DNA of 64,000 nucleotides from Candidatus Eiseniibacteriota bacterium (GTDB lineage: Bacteria > Eisenbacteria > RBG-16-71-46). The notes under the pieces were generated by a model. That model ran no database searches, was not told the origin of the DNA, and saw only the letters and a list, made by a program, of their open reading frames with translations. Positions within the stretch are counted from its first letter, which is position 1; every line of letters starts with the position of its first letter. The translations under genes and the position numbers were made by a program. Positions 59,392-64,000 of the stretch are shown here, one piece after another. The stretch covers positions 1-64,000 of the forward strand of contig JANMQY010000060.1 of assembly GCA_031370785.1 (NCBI GenBank). The letters are read 5' to 3'.

Positions 59392-60039
59392 CTAGAGCGC
59401 GAGGCGCGGGCGCACCGCGACCAGCAGCACCGCAGGATTGGACGCGAGATTCAGGTACGAATGCGAGCGATGCGCGCGGAAGTGCACCGAGTCGCCCTCG
59501 CGCAGCACGTAGGACTTGCCGTCGACACGGATCTCGGCGACGCCGGACAGCACGGTCGCCCACTCCTCGCCCTCGTGATGATGGGTGAGCGCCGGTTCGC
59601 GCCGGATGGGCAGCGTCATGATCTGCGCCCCGATCGCTCCGCACTGCACCGGTTCGGTCACCGACTCGAGCAGCGCCGCGCCCCACTGCACGCGCCGATC
59701 CTGCCGCTCGTCGGCGCGCATCACCGAAACCTCGGGCAGCACACGCGGCTCGACCAGCGTCGCCGGGCGCATGTCGAGCGCGCGCGCGATGCGGCCGAGC
59801 GCGCCCACCGTCGGTGATGCCTTTCCGCGCTCGATCTCGGAGACGTGCGTGGCCGAGATGCCGCCACGCTCCTCGAGGTCCTTAAGCGTGAGCCCGCGGG
59901 AGACGCGCAGCAGCTTGATACGGCGGCCCAGCTCGCTCGGCGAGGGATCGCGCGGGCGCAGCCCGGCACTGGACTCGCGAGGCATCGTGTTTTCGTTGAG
60001 GCTGCTGGATTCGGTCGGCTCGATGGGGGGGGTGCGCAT
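59392..60039 (-). CDS. XRE-family HTH + cupin regulator
   Basis: ISATHVSEIERGKASPTV; HHHEGEE..GDSVHF..HSY; alternative start at 59985. Confidence 0.88.
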   Translation of the reverse strand: MRTPPIEPTESSSLNENTMPRESSAGLRPRDPSPSELGRRIKLLRVSRGLTLKDLEERGGISATHVSEIERGKASPTVGALGRIARALDMRPATLVEPRVLPEVSVMRADERQDRRVQWGAALLESVTEPVQCGAIGAQIMTLPIRREPALTHHHEGEEWATVLSGVAEIRVDGKSYVLREGDSVHFRAHRSHSYLNLASNPAVLLVAVRPRLAL

Positions 60040-60041
60040 GG

Positions 60042-60623
60042 TCAGGCGGGCTCCTCGAGCGAGCGGGTAAGTACGGCAATGATCTCGGCGGCATCGCCCT
60101 GCGCGGCGCGCAGTCGGTGCGGGAGCGTGAGCGATGCCTGCACCGCGTCACCCTCGCCGAGCGTCACACGAAGATCTCCGAACTGGGTTTCGACCCGGCC
60201 ACGCCGCACCAGGTAGAGGGCGTCGCCGTCCACCTGCTGCGCCTTGAGATTGAGTTCCGGCGCCGAAGCCGAGGCGGCGAACGTCAGGCGATAGGGAAAC
60301 ATCCTGCTCCCCGGGATGCCTGGCGTCAGCGCTTCGGCGGTGATGCCCTCAGCGGGAGTCAGCATGTGCGCCTTCTCGCGCGTGACGTATGCGGTCTCGG
60401 CGCGCTCGTCGCGCTCGATGAAATAGGAAGCGTCCTTCTCGAGCGCGCGTGCGATGCGCACCAGCGCGCCGATTGTGGGAGAGGTGCGACCACGCTCGAT
60501 CTCGGAAAGGTGGGTGGCCGAGAGGCCCGAGGCCTGCTCGACCTGCTTCAACGTCATGCGGCGCTCCAGACGGAGCTTCCGGATGCGCCTGCCCAGTTCA
60601 TCAATCTCGACGATGGAAGTCAT
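60042..60623 (-). CDS. XRE-family HTH + degenerate cupin regulator
   Basis: LSATHLSEIERGRTSPTI; the cupin lacks the H..EE ligands (QQVDGDA). Confidence 0.88.
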   Translation of the reverse strand: MTSIVEIDELGRRIRKLRLERRMTLKQVEQASGLSATHLSEIERGRTSPTIGALVRIARALEKDASYFIERDERAETAYVTREKAHMLTPAEGITAEALTPGIPGSRMFPYRLTFAASASAPELNLKAQQVDGDALYLVRRGRVETQFGDLRVTLGEGDAVQASLTLPHRLRAAQGDAAEIIAVLTRSLEEPA

Positions 60624-61249
60624 GGGTTTGCGTTCCCTCGGTGCCGCGCTGCCTGCGCCCGGTGGCGCAGGCCGGAAGGGGCCTTGTAGTGAAACGGACT
60701 ACGCACGTGCCGTTTCGATATAGGGGGCTGCGGATCTCGGACGAAGGATACCTATCGCGCACACTCGTCTGACCCGCACCAGTTGCTGGCACCCATGATT
60801 CAATTGCCTGTTGCACCCGAGGGGGGACACGGGTGCGAGCGGATTCCCCCGTGAAAGGGGAACGGCCGCGCGAGAAATGTCACGGCTGATGATGACACAT
60901 CCCTGAAATCATGGTCAAGGACGATAGCCCTGCACCTCATCCGCCGGCGCCTTCCGGTCTAGCGATCGCGAGGCGGGTTTGGAAGAGGTGCGATCGCGGC
61001 GGCGTTGGGCGCAGGCGTTGTGGGTCGTGCGTGTCGTGCTCGTGACACGGAGGCGAGGTCTGGCGCGCCATTGCCCCCGATTCGTCGCGACGTTCCGCAG
61101 CCTTGACACCTCGGCCCGCCGAGCGCGAAACTGCGCCTCGAAACCCACGCTTTGCATCTGCAAGAACGTCGGTTGCGCGCCACTTTGTGAAAGTTGGCGC
61201 AAGACCGATGCGCGCTCGAGCCGAAACGCCTCCACCTTAAGGGGACTTC

Positions 61250-62002
61250 GTGATCCAGGTCGTGTGCATCAAGCAGGTGGCCGACACCGAGACCCGCGTG
61301 AAGGTGGCAGCCGATGGCAAGAGCCTCGACCCCGCGGGCGTCACCTGGATTCTGAATCCCTATGACGAGTTCGCGGTCGAGCAGGCGCTTCGCGTCAAGG
61401 AGCAGCTCGGCGCCGGCGAGGTGATCGCGATCTCGCTTGGAGGCGCCGGCGTTCCGACCACGCTTCGCAGCGTGCTCGCGATGGGCGCGGATCGCGCGAT
61501 CCATCTGAAGGCCGACGGCCCGGCGCCGGACTCGCTGCAGGTGGCACGAGCTCTCGCCACCGAGATCGCACCGCTTGGCGCGGGACTGGTGTGGCTCGGC
61601 AAGCAGGCGGTGGACGACGATGCCGCGCAGGTCGGACCCATGCTCGCCGAGTTGCTGCATCTGCCGTGCGTGACGGTGGTCGCGAGCTTCGAGCTGGCGG
61701 GCGATCGTGCGAAGGTCGAGCGCGAGATCGAGGGCGGCCGAGAGGTCGTCGAAGTCACCCTTCCCGCCGTGCTCACCGCGGACAAGGGACTCAACGAGCC
61801 GCGCTACGCCTCGCTCAAGGGCATCATGGCCGCGAAGAAGAAGACCATCGACGAGAAGCCGGCCGCTCTCGGAGAGCCCAACCTCGAGGTCAAGTCGCTG
61901 GCGCTGCCGCCTGCGCGTTCGGCCGGACGCATCGTCGGCAAGGGCATCGAAGCGGTGCCCGAGCTGGTGCGGCTGCTGCGCGAAGAAGCGAAGGTGATCT
62001 GA
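61250..62002 (+). CDS. etfB: Electron transfer flavoprotein beta subunit
   Basis: VCIKQVAD, NPYDEFAVE, GKQAVD, NEPRYASLKGIM. Confidence 0.95.
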   Translation: MIQVVCIKQVADTETRVKVAADGKSLDPAGVTWILNPYDEFAVEQALRVKEQLGAGEVIAISLGGAGVPTTLRSVLAMGADRAIHLKADGPAPDSLQVARALATEIAPLGAGLVWLGKQAVDDDAAQVGPMLAELLHLPCVTVVASFELAGDRAKVEREIEGGREVVEVTLPAVLTADKGLNEPRYASLKGIMAAKKKTIDEKPAALGEPNLEVKSLALPPARSAGRIVGKGIEAVPELVRLLREEAKVI

Positions 62003-62979
62003 TGAGCATCCTGGTTTTCATCGAGCAACGCGAGGGTCGCGTCCGTCCCGTGTCGCGCGAAGCGCTCGGCGAAGCGACGCGACTGGCAGCAACCCTGGGC
62101 GGGCCGGTCGTGGGTGTGTGCGCGGCCTCCGCGGATCCGGGACTCGCGGCGCTCGGCGCTGCAGGCGCCGACAAGGTGCTGCTCGCGACGGGTCCGCGCT
62201 TCGAGTGGTACGACGCCGAGGCCATGACCGCGGCGGTCGTCGCCGCGATCGAATCGCTCGAGCCCGATCTGGTGCTGTTCGCCGCCTCGGCGATGGGCAA
62301 GGACCTCTCGCCGCGCGTCGCGGCCAGGATCGGCGTGGGGCTGGCCTCGGATTGCACCGCGCTCACCCCGCAGGGCGGAACGCTGCTCGCGAGCCGACCG
62401 GTGTTTGCGGGCAAGGCGCTCCAGACCGTGCGCTTCCCGCGCAAGCCGGCGATGGCGTCGCTCAGGCCGAAGGTGTTCGCGACCATCACCCGCGAAGGCG
62501 CGACCACCCCGGTCGAGCGGCTGGTCGTGGCGCTCGATGCCGCGCCGTCGCGCGCCCGCGTCACGAGCGTGGTCGCGGCCTCGGGCGGCAAGACCGACCT
62601 GACCGAGTCCGAGATCATCGTGTCGGGTGGACGCGGGCTCAAGGGGCCCGAGCATTTCGATCTGGTCGAGAATCTCGCCGCGGCGCTCGGCGCGACCGTG
62701 GGCGCTTCGCGCGCGGTCGTGGATGCCGGGTGGCGCCCGCACGCGGATCAGGTCGGACAGACCGGCAAGACGGTTTCGCCCAAGCTGTACGTGGCGGTTG
62801 GAATCTCGGGAGCGATTCAGCACCTCGCGGGCATGTCGTCCTCGCGATGCATCGTCGCGATCAACAAGGATCCCGATGCGCCGATCTTCAAGGTCGCGGA
62901 CTACGGTCTGGTCGGCGACCTGTTCGAAGTGGTGCCGGCGCTCACCGAGGCGGTGCAGAAGCTCAACGCGCACGTCTGA
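62002..62979 (+). CDS. etfA: Electron transfer flavoprotein alpha subunit
   Basis: VSGGRG, GASRAVVDAGW, QVGQTGK, GISGAIQHLAGM, AINKD. Confidence 0.95.
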   Translation: MSILVFIEQREGRVRPVSREALGEATRLAATLGGPVVGVCAASADPGLAALGAAGADKVLLATGPRFEWYDAEAMTAAVVAAIESLEPDLVLFAASAMGKDLSPRVAARIGVGLASDCTALTPQGGTLLASRPVFAGKALQTVRFPRKPAMASLRPKVFATITREGATTPVERLVVALDAAPSRARVTSVVAASGGKTDLTESEIIVSGGRGLKGPEHFDLVENLAAALGATVGASRAVVDAGWRPHADQVGQTGKTVSPKLYVAVGISGAIQHLAGMSSSRCIVAINKDPDAPIFKVADYGLVGDLFEVVPALTEAVQKLNAHV

Positions 62980-63032
62980 AATGCGCGCAGCTCGATTCGC
63001 GCGCCGGCACGGTCGGCGGCGCGCCGCGCGGC

Positions 63033-63061
63033 TTGACGGTCGCGCGCTCGGACCGTAGGGT
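63033..63061 (+). promoter_or_regulatory. Putative sigma-70 promoter of the nuo operon
   Basis: TTGACG-N17-TAGGGT. Confidence 0.55.
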
Positions 63062-63121
63062 GCAGTGCCCGCGCGGACACTGGTCCGAGCGTCTGATGCA
63101 TGGCCGATTCTGAGGAGCGTC

Positions 63122-63475
63122 GTGCGCGAATACCTGCCGGTACTCCTGTTCTTCATCGTCGCCGCGGCGTTCGCGGGTGGCACCATCGGACTGTCCACGA
63201 TCATCGTGCCGCGCCGCCGCAACGCCGTGAAGAATTCGGCGTACGAGTGTGGCGTCGAGCCGGTCGGAGACGCGCGCTCGCGTTTCTCGATCAAGTTCTA
63301 CATGGTCGCGGTGCTGTTCATCCTCTTCGACATCGAGGCGGTGTTCCTCTACCCGTGGGCGGTCACGTTTCGCCAGCTCGGGTTGTACGGGCTCATCGAG
63401 ATGATCCTGTTCATCGCGGTCCTGCTGGTGGGCTACGTGTACCTGCTGAAGAAGCGGGCGCTCGAATGGGAATGA
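63122..63475 (+). CDS. nuoA: NADH-quinone oxidoreductase subunit A
   Basis: [30 protein letters not shown] before GTG. Confidence 0.95.
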   Translation: MREYLPVLLFFIVAAAFAGGTIGLSTIIVPRRRNAVKNSAYECGVEPVGDARSRFSIKFYMVAVLFILFDIEAVFLYPWAVTFRQLGLYGLIEMILFIAVLLVGYVYLLKKRALEWE

Positions 63476-63521
63476 CCCCGCCGCGCGGTACGCGCCACCA
63501 GAGTCGGCAGCAGGAGTTCGC

Positions 63522-64000
63522 ATGACCGATCCCAGGCCAACCAATCCGTTCCGTCCGCTCGGCGGGCCGGCCCCGGCGCCGGTCGTGCCGGTCTCGGACC
63601 TGCTTTCGCCCAGGACCGAGGACGATCTGCTGCGCGAGGAGGTCGAGCGCGGCGTCCTGTTCACCACGTTCGAGGGCATGGCCAACTGGGCGGTCAACCA
63701 GTCGCGCGTGAATGCGATCTGGCCGCTCGGCTTCGGACTCGCGTGCTGCGCGATCGAAATGATGGCGATCGCCGGCCCGCGCTTCGACATCTCGCGCTTC
63801 GGCGCGGAGGTGTTCCGCGGCTCGCCGCGCCAGGCCGACCTCATGATCGTCGCCGGCCGCGTGAGCGTGAAGATGGCGCCGGTGCTGCGTCAGCTGTACG
63901 ACCAGATGCCGGATCCGAAGTGGGTGATCTCGATGGGCGCGTGCGCGTCGTGCGGCGGCGTGTTCAACAACTACGCGATCCTGCAGGGCGTGGACAAGAT
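63522..64000 (+). CDS. nuoB: NADH-quinone oxidoreductase subunit B, partial
   Basis: [37 protein letters not shown]; runs off the right window edge. Confidence 0.95.
   Translation, partial: MTDPRPTNPFRPLGGPAPAPVVPVSDLLSPRTEDDLLREEVERGVLFTTFEGMANWAVNQSRVNAIWPLGFGLACCAIEMMAIAGPRFDISRFGAEVFRGSPRQADLMIVAGRVSVKMAPVLRQLYDQMPDPKWVISMGACASCGGVFNNYAILQGVDK

Noticed and set aside
60880..60915. CTGATGA...GAAA resembling a hammerhead ribozyme core
   Set aside because: No pairing stem II between the motifs; the segment is better explained as a minus-strand promoter.
60821..61237. Possible tmRNA (starts GGGGG, ends CGCCTCCACC)
   Set aside because: No T-arm GGTTCGA hairpin before the 3' end, no terminal CCA, and no tag-peptide ORF recognised.

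Overview
High-GC bacterial chromosomal window, probably from an uncultured diderm lineage. The PorV/PorQ-like barrel and the FlgD/T9SS-like C-terminal sorting domains in a very GC-rich background are compatible with Candidatus Eisenbacteria or relatives; this is inference only. Most of the window is housekeeping or accessory genes: penicillin-acylase-like amidase, ROK kinase, ABC-F (Uup), M13 peptidase, redox enzymes, a 2-oxoacid dehydrogenase operon, mntR-mntH, a CDF transporter, a MacAB-like exporter, a heterodimeric ABC exporter, lysA, etfBA and the start of nuo. The most notable items are: (i) an FN3 / FN3-CTD / PorV-like-barrel-LysM operon plus a CTD-bearing metalloprotease, suggesting a T9SS-like export system in a GC-rich lineage that does not look like Bacteroidota; (ii) a solitary DUF222-like HNH nuclease gene carrying internal 20-22 bp DNA palindromes; (iii) a type IV pilus locus collapsed into fused gene fragments around intact pilins and pilD; (iv) several more genes eroded by internal deletions; (v) an IS481 left-end remnant; (vi) an 892-aa all-coiled-coil protein with a structured leader followed by a lipoprotein; (vii) a probable CTG start codon. 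No rRNA, tRNA or CRISPR array was seen. All family assignments come from motif recognition by eye, not database searches.
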